64,000 nt of DNA from Torpedo marmorata (taxonomy: Eukaryota). Shown here one piece after another: positions 62,851-64,000 of the stretch (position 1 is the stretch's first letter; every line of letters begins with the position of its first letter). The notes below the pieces were generated by a model, which had not been told where the DNA came from, did no database searches, and saw only the letters and a program-made list of their open reading frames with translations. Location: NCBI GenBank assembly GCA_977017645.1, contig OZ360220.1, forward strand, positions 246,574,001 through 246,638,000, in the 5' to 3' direction. A program made the position numbers and the translations under genes.

Positions 62851-63390
62851 AACCTCACTCTATTGTGGTCTGTTGACATATTTTCAAATTAGTTCAAGAA
62901 GGGAACTCACCAATTTCTCAAAAGCAATTAAAATTAAACAGTCCAAATCCTGCAAAAGTGTTTTAAAAATGTTAATACTCTAAACTCCGCTCAATGGTGT
63001 ATTCTTCAAATTGATTCTGGATTGTTTCTAAGTTTACCATAAACTGAAAATGGAAAATGCAATCGATGGAAACATCAGACAAAGATTCAGTGCTCAGTTA
63101 TAATTCACTGCTAGACACACGCCTAATATTTGTATTCAATAATTCTTTATGGCTGATGAATTTCTGAAGCGTGTCCTTTATTTATTTGACATTATATTAT
63201 ACAATGCTGTTTATGTATGCTTTCTCACTGCTACTTTTCAAAACCACATTGTATTGCAATGCTGAGAATGTGACATTTGTCTTTTAAAATGCATGTACGT
63301 ACATGCTGCATGTGGATTAATGTGTGGAAATTCCACATATTAACTGATACATTGTGTGTGTGTTTCTTAATGTGTCCCTGAAAATCTTTA

Positions 63391-64000
63391 TTTTTTAAAA
63401 AAATATTTTATTTTTCATTTTCAGAAATTTTCACAAAACATTAATAAACAATCACGAATATATACAAATTTCAAACGTATCAAGTACAGAATACATTACA
63501 CCCCTTAACCCTCCCTTCCCCACCCAAAAATAATAAAACCGAGACAAAAGAGAAAGAAAAAGAAAAGGAAACTAAACGTACCGTCAGCGCTTACAACTTT
63601 TGTCCAAGTATTTGGGGATGCCACACCCTTAAAATAATTATACATTACAGTATACCATACCTCAGGTGTTTGATTACAACTGAGAACCAATGTGCTCCAA
63701 GTATGGTTGCCACACTTTAACAAAGTTATCATACTTATTTCTAAGACTATATATAATTTTTTCCATGGGGATACAGCTGTACATTTCCGTAGACCATCGA
63801 GTGATGAGAAGGGGGGAGTCGGACTTCCAAGTAACTGCGATGCATTTTTTTTGATACGGACAGAGCAACTTTTACAAATTGAATTTGGAATTTAGATAAT
63901 CCATGAGGTTTCCTAAAAGATACAACTCCGGGTCTAGTGGAAAGGCTACTCCCGTGATCCTAGTTAGTGCGTTAGCTAAATCATGCCAAAAGGTCCTTAC
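63391..64000 (-). mobile_element. L1-clade LINE 3' end (runs off window)
   Basis: KKCIAVTWKSDSPLLITRWSTEMYSCIPMEKIIYSLRNKYDNFVKVWQPY, G-rich 3'UTR, AATAAA and A-rich tail on the minus strand. Confidence 0.9.

Noticed and set aside
37342-64000. dmrt3 exon 1 / DM domain
   Set aside because: No CARCRNHG-type sequence in any listed ORF or by eye.

Overview
Vertebrate genomic DNA, AT-rich and dense in transposons. The repeat set (HE1/V-type SINEs, DeuSINE relics, CR1, Penelope with GIY-YIG, AT-rich L1) points to a cartilaginous fish, probably a ray; this is inference. One host coding exon is visible: 37193-37341 (+), which I recognise as the terminal coding exon of dmrt1 ([49 protein letters not shown]). 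It is too short to appear in the ORF track. Positions 1-37192 are therefore probably part of the last dmrt1 intron; I found no upstream dmrt1 exon. Positions ~37.3-64 kb are the 3'UTR plus intergenic DNA, expected from conserved synteny to lead towards dmrt3, although no DM-domain exon is in the window. Essentially all long ORFs in the track are retroelement fragments or GC-rich MITE noise. Most notable observations: (i) four L1 insertions with readable TSDs all start after 5'-ATC|A rather than TT|AAAA, and two sit 11 bp apart in an inverted-repeat site; (ii) a Penelope nested in a Penelope with a 14-bp TSD, carrying a hammerhead-ribozyme-like core on the dmrt1 pre-mRNA strand; (iii) a 5S-derived SINE and a CpG-rich non-coding retroposon that share a LINE-type 3' tail; (iv) two highly similar direct L1 copies bracketing the dmrt1 last exon; (v) a D3U-box-like motif in the 3'UTR; (vi) an AT-rich but CpG-retaining domain at ~51.7-55.3 kb. 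Family names come from motif recall, not database searches, and the boundaries of old relics are approximate.
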